Below are positions 9,387-22,205 of a stretch of DNA of 64,000 nt, in pieces. Position numbers and translations under genes: made by a program. Below the pieces are notes generated by a model, which saw only the letters and a program-made list of their open reading frames with translations, was not told the origin of the DNA and did not search any database. This DNA is from an uncultured SAR86 cluster bacterium (GTDB lineage Bacteria; Pseudomonadota; Gammaproteobacteria; Magnimaribacterales; AG-339-G14), in assembly GCA_902542145.1 (NCBI GenBank), contig CACBTL010000001.1, positions 10,389 through 74,388 of the forward strand, in the 5' to 3' direction. How positions within the stretch are numbered: the first letter of the stretch is position 1; the number at the start of each line of letters is the position of its first letter.

Positions 9387-12200
9387 ATGAAAAATATCGA
9401 AGTCAAAGGTGCCAAACAGCACAATCTAAAAAACATCGATGTAATAATTCCTCGAGATAAACTTACCGTTATTACAGGGCTTTCTGGATCAGGAAAGTCT
9501 TCTTTAGCATTCGATACTTTATATGCTGAAGGTCAAAGAAGGTATGTTGAATCATTGTCTTCTTATGCGAGACAATTTTTGTCAGTTATGGATAAGCCCG
9601 ATGTTGATCATATAAATGGTTTGTCCCCCGCTATTTCAATAGAGCAAAAATCCACATCTCATAATCCAAGATCTACAGTTGGGACTGTTACTGAAATATA
9701 TGACTATTTGAGGCTGCTTTATGCAAGGGTCGGCACGCCTTTTTGTCCAGATCATGGAATCTCTCTTGAATCTCAAAGCATCGATCAGATAGTCGATAAA
9801 CTTTTTAAAGATGAGGAAAATGAGAGAGCTATTATCTTATGTCCTATGGTAAGCCAACAAAAAGGTGAGCACTTAATCCTACTTAATGACCTTAAGGTGA
9901 GAGGATTTATTAGGGCAAAAATTAATGGAGAAATCATTGATCTGGATAATATCCCTCAACTTAATAAAAATAAAAAACATGATATTGATATTGTCATTGA
10001 TAGGCTATCTATTTCGAAGAAAAATAAATCAAGAATATCTGAATCAATAGAAACTGCGTTGAGAGAGTCAGATGGAATAGTAACTATCTCTTTCCTCGAT
10101 GAATCTAAAAAAGACATAACATTTTCAACAAAAATGGCCTGCACCGAGTGTGGTTTCAGTATTGCTTCATTGGAACCTAGACTATTTTCTTTCAATAGCC
10201 CTTCTGGAGCTTGCGATGATTGCGATGGATTAGGTCAGAAGTCTCAAGTTGATAGAAGAAAAGTTATTGTGAGACCTGAATTAAGCTTGAATCAAGGGGC
10301 AATTGAGGGATGGGATTCAAGTCAGATGTATCATCACTATCTTCTCAACAGGGTAGCAAAACACTATGGCATTTCCTTGGAAGAACCCTTCGAGGATTTA
10401 TCTGAAAATATAAAAGAAAAAATACTGAATGGTAGTACAGGGGAAATTATAGATTTTAGTTATGTTTCTAAAAGAGGGAATCTCAGAGAATCATTTAAAC
10501 CTTTCGAAGGTGTGCTTAATAATATTGATAGAAGATTTAGAGAGAGTGAATCAGCTTTTTCTAGAGAGTATTTATCCAAATATATGACCAATACTGTTTG
10601 TATGTCATGTGAAGGCTCAAGATTAAATAAAGAGGCAAGATCTGTGAAGATAGATGGTAAAGAGCTTTGGGATATAACAAACATGACCATTGATGATTGT
10701 CTTGATTTTTTTAATAACTTGAATTTAAAGGGCAAAAAGGGAGCAATTGCAGAGAAGGTAGTAAAAGAGCTGAAAGAAAGATTAGAATTTTTATCTGATG
10801 TCGGGCTTAATTATCTAACATTATCAAGAAGCGCCGAAACTTTGAGTGGAGGAGAAGCACAAAGAATAAGACTTGCCAGTCAAATAGGTGCTGGGCTCGT
10901 TGGAGTTACATACATTCTTGATGAACCATCAATTGGCCTTCACCAAAGAGATAATAAGAGACTTTTATCTACTTTGTTTAGATTAAAAGATTTAGGAAAT
11001 ACGGTTATCGTCGTTGAGCATGATAAAGAGACAATAGAATGTGCAGATCATATTATTGATATCGGTCCAGGGGCAGGTATTCATGGAGGGTTTGTCAGTT
11101 TTGCAGGCAATTATAAAGAAATCCTTAAGCAAGAAAGTTCGTTAACCGGACAATATTTATCCGGGAAAAAAGATATTAAGATTGATAAATTTGAGAAATC
11201 TGAAAAAGGTTCTCTTTGTATCAAGGGTTGCAATGGAAACAATCTCAAGAATGTTAATTTAAATTTACCTTTAGGAAAAATTATCAGCATTACTGGAGTT
11301 TCGGGTTCTGGAAAATCTACTCTTATTAATCAAACTTTATATCCTGCTTTGGCAAATAAGATTCAAAAATCTAACTATGACTGTCAAGAATTTGAAAATA
11401 TTTCAGGTGAAAAAAAATTAGATAAAATTATTGAGATTAGTCAGTCCCCAATAGGAAGGACTCCAAGATCAAACCCTGTTACTTACACAGGAATATTCAC
11501 GCCTATCAGAGAGCTGTTTTCAGAAACGGAAGAGGCAAGAGCTCGAGGCTACAAGCCAGGAAGGTTCAGCTTCAATGTTAAAGGTGGCAGATGTGAAACT
11601 TGTCAAGGAGATGGTTTAATTAAGGTAGAAATGCATTTTCTGCCGGACGTCTATGTTAAATGTGATGTTTGTGATGGAAAAAGATACAACAAAGAAACGC
11701 TTGAAGTGAAATTCAAGGGGAAAAACATCTTTGAGGTTCTTGATATGAACGTTGAAGAATCCTTGAAATTTTTTGATTCGATTCCAACCATCAAAAGAAA
11801 ATTACAAACTCTTTTTGATGTGGGATTGAGTTATATAAAAATTGGCCAGCCCGCTACAACGTTATCTGGAGGAGAAGCCCAAAGAGTAAAACTTGCTAAA
11901 GAGCTTGGCAAGGTAGCCACCGGGGATACTCTTTATCTATTAGACGAACCAACAACTGGTCTTCATTTCCATGATGTAAACCTACTATTAAAAGTGATCA
12001 ATAAATTGAATGAACAAGGCAATACTGTTGTCATTATCGAACATAACTTAGATGTGATTGTTAATTCTGATTGGATAATAGATCTTGGCCCAGAAGGCGG
12101 ATCGGGTGGCGGAGAAATAATTGGAGAAGGAACTCCAGAAGAAATTTCAAAAATTAAAAAATCTCATACCGGGAGATTTCTGAAGGAAATGTTGAATTAA
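9387..12200 (+). CDS. uvrA: Excinuclease ABC subunit A
   Basis: 937 aa with two ABC ATPase modules ([18 protein letters not shown], two LSGGE signatures) and Cys-rich zinc modules. Divergent from ssb. Confidence 0.97.
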   Translation: MKNIEVKGAKQHNLKNIDVIIPRDKLTVITGLSGSGKSSLAFDTLYAEGQRRYVESLSSYARQFLSVMDKPDVDHINGLSPAISIEQKSTSHNPRSTVGTVTEIYDYLRLLYARVGTPFCPDHGISLESQSIDQIVDKLFKDEENERAIILCPMVSQQKGEHLILLNDLKVRGFIRAKINGEIIDLDNIPQLNKNKKHDIDIVIDRLSISKKNKSRISESIETALRESDGIVTISFLDESKKDITFSTKMACTECGFSIASLEPRLFSFNSPSGACDDCDGLGQKSQVDRRKVIVRPELSLNQGAIEGWDSSQMYHHYLLNRVAKHYGISLEEPFEDLSENIKEKILNGSTGEIIDFSYVSKRGNLRESFKPFEGVLNNIDRRFRESESAFSREYLSKYMTNTVCMSCEGSRLNKEARSVKIDGKELWDITNMTIDDCLDFFNNLNLKGKKGAIAEKVVKELKERLEFLSDVGLNYLTLSRSAETLSGGEAQRIRLASQIGAGLVGVTYILDEPSIGLHQRDNKRLLSTLFRLKDLGNTVIVVEHDKETIECADHIIDIGPGAGIHGGFVSFAGNYKEILKQESSLTGQYLSGKKDIKIDKFEKSEKGSLCIKGCNGNNLKNVNLNLPLGKIISITGVSGSGKSTLINQTLYPALANKIQKSNYDCQEFENISGEKKLDKIIEISQSPIGRTPRSNPVTYTGIFTPIRELFSETEEARARGYKPGRFSFNVKGGRCETCQGDGLIKVEMHFLPDVYVKCDVCDGKRYNKETLEVKFKGKNIFEVLDMNVEESLKFFDSIPTIKRKLQTLFDVGLSYIKIGQPATTLSGGEAQRVKLAKELGKVATGDTLYLLDEPTTGLHFHDVNLLLKVINKLNEQGNTVVIIEHNLDVIVNSDWIIDLGPEGGSGGGEIIGEGTPEEISKIKKSHTGRFLKEMLN

Positions 12201-12589
12201 TCTTCTTGAGATATCTCTTCAGAAGAATCCTCAGACTTATCGGTAAGCTCTACAAAAGCCATTGGGGCTGCGTCACCGGGTCTTGGTCCCATCTTAATGA
12301 TTCTGAGATATCCTCCAGGTCTATCTTTAAATCTAGGTCCTAGGTCTGAAAAAAGTTTTCCAACCGCAGAATCATTTCTCAGTTTTGAAAAGGCTCTTCT
12401 TCTGTTGGCAACAGAATCTACTTTAGCCAATGTAACTAATGGCTCAAAGACACCTCTAAGTTCTTTTGCCTTTGGAACAGTGGTTTTTATAGATTCAGTC
12501 TCAATCAAAGAAATAACCATGTTTTTAAACATAGCTTTTCTCTGATCGCTTGTGCGACCAAATTTTCTTCCTGTTTTTTGGTGTCTCAT
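12197..12589 (-). CDS. rplQ: 50S ribosomal protein L17
   Basis: [20 protein letters not shown] is the L17 signature. Last gene of the alpha operon. Confidence 0.97.
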   Translation of the reverse strand: MRHQKTGRKFGRTSDQRKAMFKNMVISLIETESIKTTVPKAKELRGVFEPLVTLAKVDSVANRRRAFSKLRNDSAVGKLFSDLGPRFKDRPGGYLRIIKMGPRPGDAAPMAFVELTDKSEDSSEEISQED

Positions 12590-12592
12590 CTA

Positions 12593-13585
12593 TTAACCTT
12601 CAACATTTGACGGGGGCCAATTTTCGAGTTCTAAACCTAAAGATAATCCTCTAGCTGCTAAAACTTCTTTGATTTCATTAAGTGACTTTCTACCTAGATT
12701 AGGAGTTCTTAAAAGATCAGATTCCTTTCGGGTTACTAAGTCTCCAATATAATGGATCTTTTCTACTTTTAAACAATTGGCTGATCTCACTGTTAATTCA
12801 AGTTCATCTACAGGCCTCAGCATAATTGGATCAACAGGAGGAGTTTCATCTTCCTCTGGTTCTTCGGTTTCAAACCCTAATTCAGCAAAAGCCATTAATT
12901 GTCTTTGTAAAATAGTTGCTGCTAACCTCACAATCTCTTCAGGATCGATTGTTCCATTGGTTTCAACCTCAAGAATAAGCTTGTCTAGATCAGTTCTATT
13001 TTCTACCCTTGCATTTTCAACTGAATAAGAAACTTTTTTAATAGGACTGTATGAAGCATCAATCTTTAGTGAGCCAACCTCAGTATCTTCGCTCTCGGCC
13101 AAAGCTATGATATCTACAGGAACATAACCCCTTCCCTTGGTAACTTTTGCCGTCATCTCGAGGGAGCCTTTGTCAGCAAGAGTAGCAACTACGTGATCAG
13201 GATTTACAATCTCAACTCCAGCAGGAAGTTCAAAATCACTACCTTTGATATCTCCTGATCCTGACTTATTCACTGATATTTCGACTTCTTCTTGATCTGA
13301 AAGTCTCACAGAAAGACCTTTTAAATTTAAAAGGATATTAATGACATCCTCTTTAACTCCATCAATAGAGCCAAACTCATGGAGAACCCCATTAATTTTT
13401 GCTTCTGAAACCGCTGCACCGGGGATTGAAGATAAAATTATCCTTCTAAGAGCATTTCCCAAGGTATGTCCAAAGCCTCTTTCAAGAGGTTCTAATACTA
13501 TTTTTGAATTGTTTGAATCAACTTCTTCTACCAAAATTTCTTTGGGAGTTAAGAAGTCTTTGATCATATCGAAATTATCTGTCAT
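12593..13585 (-). CDS. rpoA: DNA-directed RNA polymerase subunit alpha
   Basis: 330 aa containing [23 protein letters not shown]-type motif (here ...[12 protein letters not shown]). The C-terminal domain has SVRSANCLK. Confidence 0.97.
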   Translation of the reverse strand: MTDNFDMIKDFLTPKEILVEEVDSNNSKIVLEPLERGFGHTLGNALRRIILSSIPGAAVSEAKINGVLHEFGSIDGVKEDVINILLNLKGLSVRLSDQEEVEISVNKSGSGDIKGSDFELPAGVEIVNPDHVVATLADKGSLEMTAKVTKGRGYVPVDIIALAESEDTEVGSLKIDASYSPIKKVSYSVENARVENRTDLDKLILEVETNGTIDPEEIVRLAATILQRQLMAFAELGFETEEPEEDETPPVDPIMLRPVDELELTVRSANCLKVEKIHYIGDLVTRKESDLLRTPNLGRKSLNEIKEVLAARGLSLGLELENWPPSNVEG

Positions 13586-13603
13586 AGAATATCCTCTTTA
13601 AAA

Positions 13604-14224
13604 TTATCTTGAATAGAGCTCAACAATAAAACTTTCATTAATTTCACTGCTAAGCAAATCTCTGTCTGGAGTGTTTTTGTAAATGCCTGAAAAGTTATCG
13701 TGGTTAACCTCAATCCATTCGCAAGGCTCTCTTGTTTTAAAAATCTCAAAAGATTGAGAAATTCTTTTTTGATTTCTTGATTTCTCAGAAATACTTATCT
13801 CATCTCCTTCCGCCACTTGATAAGAAGGAATGTTTACTTTTTTTCCATTAACCAAAACTGACTTATGATTAACCAATTGTCTTGCTTCGGCACGAGTAGC
13901 AGCAAATCCCATTCTATAGACCACGTTATCCAATCTAGCCTCCAAAAATTGAAGGAGATTTGTTCCTGTCTCACCTCTGCTGCTAGCTGCAGCCTTATAG
14001 TAATTTCTAAATTGTCTTTCTAAAACTCCATACATTCTTTTTACTTTTTGCTTTTCTCTCAACTGCAAACCATAGTCTGAAGTTCTTATTCTTTTTGCTC
14101 CATGGTGTCCAGGAGGATTTTCAGATCTGATTTTGGATTCGTATGACCTATATCCACTTGTTAAAAGCAGATCAGTACCTTCCCTACGAGATAATTTATT
14201 TCTTGGTCCTCTATATCTTGCCAC
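13604..14224 (-). CDS. rpsD: 30S ribosomal protein S4
   Basis: (GTG)[18 protein letters not shown] matches the S4 N-terminus. The GTG start at 14224..14222 lies 1 nt after the rpsK stop. The track start at 14260 would overlap rpsK. Confidence 0.94.
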   Translation of the reverse strand: MARYRGPRNKLSRREGTDLLLTSGYRSYESKIRSENPPGHHGAKRIRTSDYGLQLREKQKVKRMYGVLERQFRNYYKAAASSRGETGTNLLQFLEARLDNVVYRMGFAATRAEARQLVNHKSVLVNGKKVNIPSYQVAEGDEISISEKSRNQKRISQSFEIFKTREPCEWIEVNHDNFSGIYKNTPDRDLLSSEINESFIVELYSR

Positions 14225-14225
14225 T

Positions 14226-14612
14226 TTACACCCTTCTCTTTTTAGGAGGACGACACCCATTGTGAGGAATAGGAGTTACATCCGAAATTTTTGTAATCTT
14301 AAAACCGCAACCATTCAAAGCTCTTACCGCTGATTCTCGACCTGCTCCAGGTCCGGAAACTTCAATTTCCAAATTGTTTATTCCAAAGTTTTTAGCAGCA
14401 TCTCCAGCTTTGGAAGCTGCTACCTGAGCCGCAAAAGGAGTACTTTTCCTTGATCCTTTAAAACCTGATCCACCAGCACTTGCCCAAGTTAAAGTATTTC
14501 CCTGTTTGTCCGTAATATTGATGATGGTGTTATTAAATGTAGCGTATATATGCGCAACAGCATCGTTGTATGTTCGGCTATTTTTTTTAGATTTTGTCCC
14601 TTGTTTTGCCAT
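14226..14612 (-). CDS. rpsK: 30S ribosomal protein S11
   Basis: 128 aa containing [28 protein letters not shown], typical of S11. Confidence 0.97.
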   Translation of the reverse strand: MAKQGTKSKKNSRTYNDAVAHIYATFNNTIINITDKQGNTLTWASAGGSGFKGSRKSTPFAAQVAASKAGDAAKNFGINNLEIEVSGPGAGRESAVRALNGCGFKITKISDVTPIPHNGCRPPKKRRV

Positions 14613-14614
14613 AT

Positions 14615-14971
14615 TTATCTTCTAATAGGTTTTCTAGGCCCTTTTCTGGTTCTAGCGTTAGTTTTTGTTCTTTGCCCTCTAACAGGTAAATGTTTCCTGT
14701 GCCTCATTCCTCTCAAAGTTCCTAAATCCATAAGTCTTTTTATATTGGTACTTATTTCTCTTCTTAAATCTCCTTCGACAAGAAACTCATTTACAGCTTT
14801 TCGAAGTTTTTCTAAATCTTCCTCGCTTAAACTTCCGATCAAAGAAGTTTTTTCAATGCCCAATTGATCACAAATAGACAACGCTCTCGTTCTGCCGATA
14901 CCAAAAATATGAGTTAAAGAAACCCAAGCTTGTTTTTTATCTGGAATATTTACACCTGCTACCCTAGCCAT
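14615..14971 (-). CDS. rpsM: 30S ribosomal protein S13
   Basis: [26 protein letters not shown] is the S13 signature. Confidence 0.97.
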   Translation of the reverse strand: MARVAGVNIPDKKQAWVSLTHIFGIGRTRALSICDQLGIEKTSLIGSLSEEDLEKLRKAVNEFLVEGDLRREISTNIKRLMDLGTLRGMRHRKHLPVRGQRTKTNARTRKGPRKPIRR

Positions 14972-14976
14972 ATTTA

Positions 14977-15093
14977 TTACCCCTGCCTCTGTTTGTGTCT
15001 TGGTTCATTGCTGCAGATAACAAAAACGGTGCCGTGTCTTTTGATTATTTTGCAATCCTTACACATTTTTTTTACTGAAGCTCTTACTTTCAT
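14977..15093 (-). CDS. rpmJ: 50S ribosomal protein L36
   Basis: Below the ORF-track size cut-off. Hand translation gives [38 protein letters not shown]-stop (38 aa, C-x2-C...C...H zinc ribbon). It sits in the canonical secY-rpmJ-rpsM slot. Confidence 0.95.
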   Translation of the reverse strand: MKVRASVKKMCKDCKIIKRHGTVFVICSNEPRHKQRQG

Positions 15094-15095
15094 AA

Positions 15096-16418
15096 TTACC
15101 TTCTATAATTTTTTAAATTAGCTTTTTTCATTAAAGACTCATATTGACTAGATAAAAGGTGCGATTGTACCTGAGCCATGAAGTCCATGACTACTACTAC
15201 AGCAATTAAAAGTGATGTTCCCCCGAGATAAAAAGGTACATTTGCAGAAACAATCAGGAATTGAGGAAGTAAACATACTGCAATCATGTATATTGATCCC
15301 CATACTGTTAATCTAGACATAACACTGTCAATATAGCCTTCTGTTTGATCGCCAGGCCTTATTCCAGGTAAGAATCCTCCAGATCTTTTAAGATTATCTG
15401 AAATATCTTTTGCCGGAAATTGAATGGCGGTATAAAAGAAACAGAAATAAGCTATCAAAACCGCAAAAACTATTACATACAAGGGTTGCCCAGGACTTAA
15501 AGCCAATGATATTTCCTGCAACCACTCAAAACCTTCAGATTGTCCAAACCAAGTACTAATTGAGGCTGGAAAAAGAACTATCGATGAAGCAAAGATCGCA
15601 GGAATTACTCCTGACATATTTACTTTCAATGGAACATGAGATGATTGACCCATAGCCATCTGGTTGCCGATTTGTCTCTTAGCATAATTAACCGAAACTC
15701 TTCTTTGTGCCCTTTCTACCCAAACAATAAAAGCAATAGCCAATATTGCGAGAAGAGCTACAGATAAAAGTACGATTAAGTTAATTTCTCCTTGTCTAGC
15801 TCCTTCAAATGACTGGCCTATTGCTCTTGGCAATCCAGAAACAATACTGGCAAAAATAATAAGAGATATTCCATTTCCGATGCCTCTCTCATTTACCTGT
15901 TCCCCAAGCCATACTAAAAACATTGTTCCAGTAACAAAAGAAATAACTGCGGTAACAATAAACATGTTTCCAGGAGTGCTAGCTAGCCCTTGACTCGATA
16001 ATGCTATCGCAAAACCACTCGATTGAATGATTGCAAGCCCTAAAGTACCAAGGCGAACATAGTTGGTCCTTTTTCTTCTTCCAACTTCCCCTTCCTGTCT
16101 AAACATTTTTTTAAGGCTTGGAGTTGTTGCCTCTAATAGATTCATCACAATAGCCGCAGTGATGTAAGGAACAACATTTAAAGCCATGATGCTCATTCTT
16201 TCTAGCGCACCTCCAGAAAACATATTAAATAAACCTAGAAGAGTTCCTTGATTTTGATCAAATAAAGAAGAAAGTTTCATAGGATCAATGCCTGGAACAG
16301 GAATATGGGTTCCAATCCTATAAATAATTATTGCGTAAAGAACAAATCTAAGCCTTGCCCAAAGTTCAGACAATCCAGATGATTTAGCTGGATTTCTAGC
16401 CACTTGTAATTTCTCCAC
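15096..16418 (-). CDS. secY: Preprotein translocase subunit SecY
   Basis: 440 aa multi-TM protein containing [12 protein letters not shown] and [11 protein letters not shown]. The start is a GTG, either 16418 or the in-frame GTG at 16403; both overlap the rplO 3' end. Confidence 0.95.
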   Translation of the reverse strand: MEKLQVARNPAKSSGLSELWARLRFVLYAIIIYRIGTHIPVPGIDPMKLSSLFDQNQGTLLGLFNMFSGGALERMSIMALNVVPYITAAIVMNLLEATTPSLKKMFRQEGEVGRRKRTNYVRLGTLGLAIIQSSGFAIALSSQGLASTPGNMFIVTAVISFVTGTMFLVWLGEQVNERGIGNGISLIIFASIVSGLPRAIGQSFEGARQGEINLIVLLSVALLAILAIAFIVWVERAQRRVSVNYAKRQIGNQMAMGQSSHVPLKVNMSGVIPAIFASSIVLFPASISTWFGQSEGFEWLQEISLALSPGQPLYVIVFAVLIAYFCFFYTAIQFPAKDISDNLKRSGGFLPGIRPGDQTEGYIDSVMSRLTVWGSIYMIAVCLLPQFLIVSANVPFYLGGTSLLIAVVVVMDFMAQVQSHLLSSQYESLMKKANLKNYRR

Positions 16419-16833
16419 CTAATTTATTAATTAATTCCTCAACAGATTTAGAAACGGATAAACCCTCAATTTTCACTGTTTTTGTCAATTCGCCGCCGTT
16501 AATGATCTTCACTTTTTTTATCTTGTTTGAAATGATTTTATTTTTCTTCAAAACCTCTAAAGTAATATGATCTTCAGCAAGCTTTTCTATATCTCTGAGT
16601 TTTATATGTGTACTGTATGGTTTTTGTCTAGAAGTGAATCCAAACTTTGGAAGTCTTTGTTGGATAGGCATTTGACCTCCCTCAAATCCAGGTCTTATTG
16701 AAGCTCCAGATCTTGCCTTTTGACCTTTATGACCTCTTCCTGATGTTTTTCCTGAACCAGATCCTGTTCCTCTACCAATACGCTTAGAGACTTTATTTTT
16801 GTTTGTTCTTTGAAGATTATTAAGTTTTAGCAT
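16396..16833 (-). CDS. rplO: 50S ribosomal protein L15
   Basis: MLKLNNLQ...GRGTGSGSGKTSGRGHKGQKARSG is the L15 signature. Confidence 0.96.
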   Translation of the reverse strand: MLKLNNLQRTNKNKVSKRIGRGTGSGSGKTSGRGHKGQKARSGASIRPGFEGGQMPIQQRLPKFGFTSRQKPYSTHIKLRDIEKLAEDHITLEVLKKNKIISNKIKKVKIINGGELTKTVKIEGLSVSKSVEELINKLGGEITSG

Positions 16834-17016
16834 TTAATCTAAGACCTCCAGCAGATGATGAGCTTTCTTGATCATACCTAGATTTTCAGGCGTGTTTTGA
16901 ACCTCAACTACTTGATTAATTTTTTTTAATCCCAATCCTCTTACGGAGAGCCTCTGATTTTTCATCGAGCCTGCTAAACCTCTCTTTAATTTAACTCTAA
17001 TCATTTCGTTAGACAT
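16834..17016 (-). CDS. rpmD: 50S ribosomal protein L30
   Basis: 60 aa, sits between rpsE and rplO. IRVKLKRGLAGSMKNQRLSVRGLGL is L30-like. Confidence 0.93.
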   Translation of the reverse strand: MSNEMIRVKLKRGLAGSMKNQRLSVRGLGLKKINQVVEVQNTPENLGMIKKAHHLLEVLD

Positions 17017-17025
17017 TTCTTCCTC

Positions 17026-17508
17026 TTAAGATCTCCTTTCAGCAACCTGTTCCGGTGATTCAACGCTTGCTAATCCCTTCACAGTCGCTCTGACAACATT
17101 AATAGGATTGGTTGAGCCATATGTTTTAGCTAATACATCTTTAATGCCAGCTAACTCAAGGACAGCTCGCATCGCACCACCTGCAATGACTCCAGTACCT
17201 GGAGAAGCCGGTTGCATATAAACAGTGGAACTTCCATGAGTTGATTTAACTGGATAATGGAGAGTAGAGCCCTTAAGTTCAATTTTGATCATATTTTTTC
17301 TGGCATTTTCTAATGCTTTTTGAATAGCCATAGGTACTTCTCTGGCTTTTCCTCTTCCGAAACCAACCTTGCCTGCTCCATCTCCTACGACGGTAAGAGC
17401 TGTGAACCCAAAGATTCTTCCGCCTTTTACAACTTTTGCTACTCTATTAACTCCTACAAGTTTTTCTTCTAGAGCTTCGTTACTAAACTGATCTATATTT
17501 TCTTCCAT
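17026..17508 (-). CDS. rpsE: 30S ribosomal protein S5
   Basis: [25 protein letters not shown] is the S5 signature. Confidence 0.97.
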   Translation of the reverse strand: MEENIDQFSNEALEEKLVGVNRVAKVVKGGRIFGFTALTVVGDGAGKVGFGRGKAREVPMAIQKALENARKNMIKIELKGSTLHYPVKSTHGSSTVYMQPASPGTGVIAGGAMRAVLELAGIKDVLAKTYGSTNPINVVRATVKGLASVESPEQVAERRS

Positions 17509-17514
17509 AATTCC

Positions 17515-17865
17515 TCAAAATTCTAAGCCTGCTTCACGTGCAGATTCAGCAAGGCTCTTTACACGACCATGATATTTATATCCCGATCTATCAAACGTAA
17601 CCTTTTTAATGCCTTTCTCGATGGCTCTTTTAGCAACCAATTCTCCAACTTTTTTTGCAGCTTCTTGATTTCCACCTTTATCAAGTTTTGCTTCTTTATC
17701 TGCAGAAGAAGCATGCGCAAGCACTTCTTTTCCATCAGGAGAAAAAACCTGAGCATAAATCTGATTATTGGATCTAAAAATAGATAGCCTATGATTATTC
17801 ATTTCTTTAGTCTTAGATCTAAGTTTTCTAGATCTTCTTTGTCTTGCAGTAAATTTATCACTCAT
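17515..17865 (-). CDS. rplR: 50S ribosomal protein L18
   Basis: 116 aa with [15 protein letters not shown] and C-terminal REAGLEF, typical of L18. Confidence 0.96.
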   Translation of the reverse strand: MSDKFTARQRRSRKLRSKTKEMNNHRLSIFRSNNQIYAQVFSPDGKEVLAHASSADKEAKLDKGGNQEAAKKVGELVAKRAIEKGIKKVTFDRSGYKYHGRVKSLAESAREAGLEF

Positions 17866-17867
17866 GC

Positions 17868-18401
17868 TTAAGCCTTCTTAGATTCTTTACGTTTAATTCT
17901 TTCTTCGGCATATTTAACTCCCTTTCCTTTATAAGGTTCTGGAGGTCTAAATGATCTAATTTTTGCAGCAGTTTCTCCTAAAAGTTGCTTATTAGCTGAC
18001 TTTAAAATAACTTCAGTTTGAGAAGGCACGTCGGCGTTTACCCCTTCGGGTAGTTGGTAAATTACTGGATGAGAGAATCCTAGCGAGAGTTCCAATTTAT
18101 CTCCAGAAAGCTTTGCTCTGTAACCAACCCCATTAATTTCTAATTTTTTTTCGAAACCGTCTGAAACTCCTTTAATCATATTTATTGCTAAAGCCCTCAT
18201 AGTCCCTACCATTGCGATAGATTCCTTTGTTTCTTCTTTAGGAGCAAACAATAGTTCTTTCTCAGGAGTGGAAGCCATTACTGAAGGATGAATAGACATA
18301 GATAAGTCTCCGTTCTTACCCGAAACTTTAAGTAAGTTTTCAGCAAGGGATATCTCTATACCTTCTTGAATTGGAATTGGTCTTTCAGTGTTTCTAGCCA
18401 T
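17868..18401 (-). CDS. rplF: 50S ribosomal protein L6
   Basis: 177 aa with INGVGYRA and the PEPYKGKGV motif of L6. Confidence 0.96.
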   Translation of the reverse strand: MARNTERPIPIQEGIEISLAENLLKVSGKNGDLSMSIHPSVMASTPEKELLFAPKEETKESIAMVGTMRALAINMIKGVSDGFEKKLEINGVGYRAKLSGDKLELSLGFSHPVIYQLPEGVNADVPSQTEVILKSANKQLLGETAAKIRSFRPPEPYKGKGVKYAEERIKRKESKKA

Positions 18402-18403
18402 AA

Positions 18404-18799
18404 TTAAAATACAGTGCAGATTAATTCTCCGCCTACCCCATGTTCTCTAGCTTCTTTGTCTGTCAAAACTCCTTTACTTGTTGTAATAATTCCAACCCCT
18501 AAACCATTTCTGACCGAAGGAATTTCTTTTGATGAAAAGTATTTTCTTAATCCAGGTTTGCTTATCCTTTTCAATTCTCTAATAACCGGCGATTCTTGAT
18601 GGTATTTGAGGGAAACTAAAATAGTTTTTTTGCTCTCCTCGCCTTCAATCTTAAAAGATGATATGAATCCTTCTTTCTCTAATACTGAGCAAATGGCGTT
18701 TTTAATTTTTGAAGATGAAAAGCTGACCGTTGCATGCCCTCTAGCTTGAGCATTCATCACTCTAGAAATCATGTCAGAAATTGGATCTTGCATACTCAT
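18404..18799 (-). CDS. rpsH: 30S ribosomal protein S8
   Basis: MSMQDPISDMISRVMNAQ... and C-terminal GGELICTVF, typical of S8. Confidence 0.97.
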   Translation of the reverse strand: MSMQDPISDMISRVMNAQARGHATVSFSSSKIKNAICSVLEKEGFISSFKIEGEESKKTILVSLKYHQESPVIRELKRISKPGLRKYFSSKEIPSVRNGLGVGIITTSKGVLTDKEAREHGVGGELICTVF

Positions 18800-18808
18800 T
18801 GATAACCT

Positions 18809-19114
18809 CTACCAACTTGATTTAACTAATCCTGGAACATCTCCATTCATAGCCAATTCTCTTAATTTATTTCTTGAAAGACCAAACCTTCTGTAAACAG
18901 CGTGCGGTCTTCCAGTTATTTGACATCTTCTTTGGAGACGAACAGGACTTGAATCTCTTGGAAGTTTTTGAAGTTTTAATCTTGCTTCATATCTTTCTTC
19001 ATCAGATAGATTCATGTCTGAGATAACTTTTTTAAGCTCTTCTCTCTTTTTTACAAACTTTTGAACCATTTTGATTCTTTTGTTCTCTCTAGCAATCATT
19101 GAAACTTTAGCCAT
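18809..19114 (-). CDS. rpsN: 30S ribosomal protein S14 (long, non-zinc type)
   Basis: 101 aa with [24 protein letters not shown] and C-terminal KSSW. Confidence 0.96.
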   Translation of the reverse strand: MAKVSMIARENKRIKMVQKFVKKREELKKVISDMNLSDEERYEARLKLQKLPRDSSPVRLQRRCQITGRPHAVYRRFGLSRNKLRELAMNGDVPGLVKSSW

Positions 19115-19125
19115 AATTTTTACCT

Positions 19126-19668
19126 TTAACTTTTAAATGGGAAGTTTAATTTTGATAGAAGGGCAAAACCTTCTTTATCATTGTTGGCGGAGGTTGTAAT
19201 ACAAATATCCATACCGCGTATTTTCTCTACTTTGTCGTAATCAATTTCAGGGAAGATAATGTGTTCTTTTATTCCCAATGAGTAATTACCTTGACCGTCG
19301 AAAGATTTAGGATTCAATCCTCTAAAATCTCTTTCCCTTGGAATTGCTATAGACAACAACCTGTCTAAAAAATCATACATTCTGTTACCTCTTAAAGTAA
19401 CTTTGCACCCAATTGGAAATCCTTCTCTTATTTTAAAACTTGCTACCGACTTCCTTGCAAAAGTCTTTATTGGTTTTTGGCCTGCTATTAATTCAAGATC
19501 CGCAATTGCATCATCAACTGATTTTCGATTATTCAGTGCATCCGGTCCTAACCCCATATTTACTGTGACCTTTATAATTTTGGGAACAGCCATGGAGCTT
19601 TTAAAGCCAAGCTCATCTTTAAGTGAACTGATGACGTTATCCTGATAGTTTGTTTTAGTAATAGACAT
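19126..19668 (-). CDS. rplE: 50S ribosomal protein L5
   Basis: 180 aa containing [14 protein letters not shown] and [21 protein letters not shown], typical of L5. Confidence 0.97.
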   Translation of the reverse strand: MSITKTNYQDNVISSLKDELGFKSSMAVPKIIKVTVNMGLGPDALNNRKSVDDAIADLELIAGQKPIKTFARKSVASFKIREGFPIGCKVTLRGNRMYDFLDRLLSIAIPRERDFRGLNPKSFDGQGNYSLGIKEHIIFPEIDYDKVEKIRGMDICITTSANNDKEGFALLSKLNFPFKS

Positions 19669-19670
19669 TC

Positions 19671-19982
19671 CTATTTAACTTCCTTATTTGTTGATTTAGA
19701 AACTCTGATCTTTCCTTTTTTTTCATCTAATTTAATTTCTAATTTGTCTTTCTTTTTTGTACTGCTGTTGTAAAAAGAAATATTAGATATATTAATAAAG
19801 GACTCCTTTTCTATAATCCCTCCGGGTTCATTGATTTGAGGATTTGGTTTCACGTGTTTTTTTACTAGTTTTATTCCAGACACTAAACACCTATCGCCTT
19901 TAATTTTAGTTAGAGTTCCAGTTTTTCCTTTATCTTTTCCAGATATCACAATCACCTCATCACCAGTTTTTAATTTATTCAT
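19671..19982 (-). CDS. rplX: 50S ribosomal protein L24
   Basis: [22 protein letters not shown] is the KOW motif of L24. Confidence 0.96.
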   Translation of the reverse strand: MNKLKTGDEVIVISGKDKGKTGTLTKIKGDRCLVSGIKLVKKHVKPNPQINEPGGIIEKESFINISNISFYNSSTKKKDKLEIKLDEKKGKIRVSKSTNKEVK

Positions 19983-20350
19983 TAGATTACCTCTGGTGCT
20001 AGAGAAATTATTTTCATGAAATTATTAGATCTCAGCTCTCTGGAAACAGGACCAAAAATCCTTGTTCCAATTGGTTGCTGTTGGTTATTTATGAGTACTG
20101 CTGCATTGTCATCAAATCTAACGATTGATCCATCTTCTCTGCGAATATCTTTTTTAGTTCTGACTACAACTGCATCTGCAACCTGACCTTTCTTTACCCT
20201 GCCTGTTGGGATGGCTTCTTTGATTGCCACTTTGATAACGTCGCCAACTCTTGCGTAACGTCTTTTAGATCCACCAAGTACTTTGATACACATCACTTTT
20301 CTGGCACCACTGTTATCAGCAACATCTAGGATAGTTTCTGTTTGAATCAT
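19982..20350 (-). CDS. rplN: 50S ribosomal protein L14
   Basis: [28 protein letters not shown] is the L14 signature. Confidence 0.98.
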   Translation of the reverse strand: MIQTETILDVADNSGARKVMCIKVLGGSKRRYARVGDVIKVAIKEAIPTGRVKKGQVADAVVVRTKKDIRREDGSIVRFDDNAAVLINNQQQPIGTRIFGPVSRELRSNNFMKIISLAPEVI

Positions 20351-20604
20351 GACTTAGCCTCTTTGAGTATTTCTACCAAAGTCCACGATTTTGTTTTTGA
20401 AATTGGTCGACATTCTTTGATAGTTACTTTGTCTCCAAGAGAACAAACATTTGCCTCATCATGAAAACTGATCTTCGAGGATCTTCTGATTATTTTTCCT
20501 AATTTAGGGTGTTTAACTTTTCTATCTATTTTTGCAACTGCAGTTTTGTCAGAATTACAACTTACAACCATTCCAGTCATTGTTCTTATTGCTTTATCAG
20601 ACAT
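20347..20604 (-). CDS. rpsQ: 30S ribosomal protein S17
   Basis: 85 aa with [31 protein letters not shown], typical of S17. Confidence 0.96.
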   Translation of the reverse strand: MSDKAIRTMTGMVVSCNSDKTAVAKIDRKVKHPKLGKIIRRSSKISFHDEANVCSLGDKVTIKECRPISKTKSWTLVEILKEAKS

Positions 20605-20791
20605 TTGAAACCTCTTGTTTTTTAAGCTGTTTAAGCGAAGTCAAAATTCTTGCAACAGCCTTTTTTTTCTCTTTTAAAAGGTGTGTCTGCTGAAGAGAAG
20701 CAGATGAACTCTTTAGTTTAAGATCTAATAGTTCAGATCTAGTTTTCTCTAGATCCTTTATTAAATCAGCATGAGATGGATTTTTAGCCAT
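20597..20791 (-). CDS. rpmC: 50S ribosomal protein L29
   Basis: 64 aa helical protein between rplP and rpsQ. Contains the L29-like L..K...EL..L motif. Confidence 0.93.
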   Translation of the reverse strand: MAKNPSHADLIKDLEKTRSELLDLKLKSSSASLQQTHLLKEKKKAVARILTSLKQLKKQEVSNV

Positions 20792-21204
20792 TAGATAACC
20801 TTCCTAGAGATAAATTGAGTTGAAACAGGAAGTTTTGCAGCTGCTAGAGAAAAAGCTTCCCTGGCCAAAGCTTCGTCAACACCTTCCATTTCATAAAGTA
20901 TTTTTCCTGGTTTAATAGGCGAAACCCAATATTCTACGTTTCCTTTTCCTTTTCCTTGCCTGACTTCAAGAGGTTTTTTGGTAATTGGTTTATCGGGAAA
21001 AATTCTAATCCAGATTTTTGCTCCACGTTTTACGTGTCTAGTCATGGCTCTTCTTGCAGCCTCAATTTGACGAGATGTAATTTGACCTCTTGATGTAGCT
21101 TTTAAACCAAATGTACCGAAATCTAAAGAATTAGCTCTCTGTGCAAGGCCTCGATTTCGACCTTTCATTTGTTTTCTATATTTAGTCCTTTTTGGCTGAA
21201 ACAT
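20791..21204 (-). CDS. rplP: 50S ribosomal protein L16
   Basis: [21 protein letters not shown] is the L16 signature. Confidence 0.98.
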   Translation of the reverse strand: MFQPKRTKYRKQMKGRNRGLAQRANSLDFGTFGLKATSRGQITSRQIEAARRAMTRHVKRGAKIWIRIFPDKPITKKPLEVRQGKGKGNVEYWVSPIKPGKILYEMEGVDEALAREAFSLAAAKLPVSTQFISRKVI

Positions 21205-21863
21205 TAGCTTTCCTTATCCTTTTCTTTGGCTTTTTTATCTATTAATTCGCCTCTAAATATCCATACCTTCACACCAATAATCCCGTAAGTAGTTTTAGCT
21301 TCTGCCAGGCCGTAATCGACATCTGCTCTTAATGTATGAAGAGGCACTCTCCCTTCTTTATGCCACTCAGATCTAGCAATCTCCGCTCCACCTAATCTAC
21401 CTGAAACTTTGATTTTTACGCCAAGCGCTCCCTGTCTCATGGTGTTTTGAGCTGCCCTCTTCATGACCCTTCGAAACATAGCCCTTTTTTCAAGTTGCAG
21501 TGCTATGTTTGCCCCAACTAGCTGAGCATCGAGATCGGGTTTTCTTATTTCTTGAATATTCAGACTAACCGGCACATTCATGATTTGCGTTAGCTTCTCT
21601 CTTAATCGATCGATATCTTCACCTCGTTTACCGATAATCATTCCAGGTCTTGCAGTGTGGATTGTGACTTTTGCACTTTGAGCAGGCCTTTCTATATGGA
21701 CTTTGCTAACGAATGCGTTATCAAGTTCTTTTTTTAGAAACTCTCTAACTTGAAAATCATTAAAAAGAATCTCTCTATATTTATCTTTTTCAGCAAACCA
21801 TACAGAGTTATGATCTCTGGAGATGCCTAATCTGATTCCAATTGGATTAACTTTTTGTCCCAC
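21204..21863 (-). CDS. rpsC: 30S ribosomal protein S3
   Basis: [14 protein letters not shown] and the KH domain [11 protein letters not shown], typical of S3. Confidence 0.98.
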   Translation of the reverse strand: MGQKVNPIGIRLGISRDHNSVWFAEKDKYREILFNDFQVREFLKKELDNAFVSKVHIERPAQSAKVTIHTARPGMIIGKRGEDIDRLREKLTQIMNVPVSLNIQEIRKPDLDAQLVGANIALQLEKRAMFRRVMKRAAQNTMRQGALGVKIKVSGRLGGAEIARSEWHKEGRVPLHTLRADVDYGLAEAKTTYGIIGVKVWIFRGELIDKKAKEKDKES

Positions 21864-21872
21864 TTATTCTCC

Positions 21873-22205
21873 TTAATTACTTAGTTTTAGGTTTATATGG
21901 CATGTCTTTTTTTCGATACGATCTGCCCTTCCTCGAGCTCTTGCCCTTATTCTTTTCATGATCAAGGCTTCATCAACAGAAATGTGGCTAACAAATAAAG
22001 TATCAATATCTAAACCATAATTATTTTCTGCAGAAGAAATAGCTGAGTCCAAAAGTTTTTTTAAATTTCTAGAACCAGACTTTGGACTAAAAGTAAGAAT
22101 ATCCAATGCCTCATCAACTTTTTTGCCACGAATTTGATCTGCCAATAGTCTTATCTTTGAAGCTGAAGACTTAAATCTAGATAATTTTGCTGATACTTCT
22201 GCCAT
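21873..22205 (-). CDS. rplV: 50S ribosomal protein L22
   Basis: 110 aa with [18 protein letters not shown] and [20 protein letters not shown], typical of L22. Confidence 0.96.
   Translation of the reverse strand: MAEVSAKLSRFKSSASKIRLLADQIRGKKVDEALDILTFSPKSGSRNLKKLLDSAISSAENNYGLDIDTLFVSHISVDEALIMKRIRARARGRADRIEKKTCHINLKLSN

Noticed and set aside
17559-17787. Lys-rich 65-aa (minus) and 72-aa (plus) ORFs within rplR
   Set aside because: These are alternative-frame or antisense low-complexity reads of an AT-rich, Lys-rich ribosomal gene, with no independent support.
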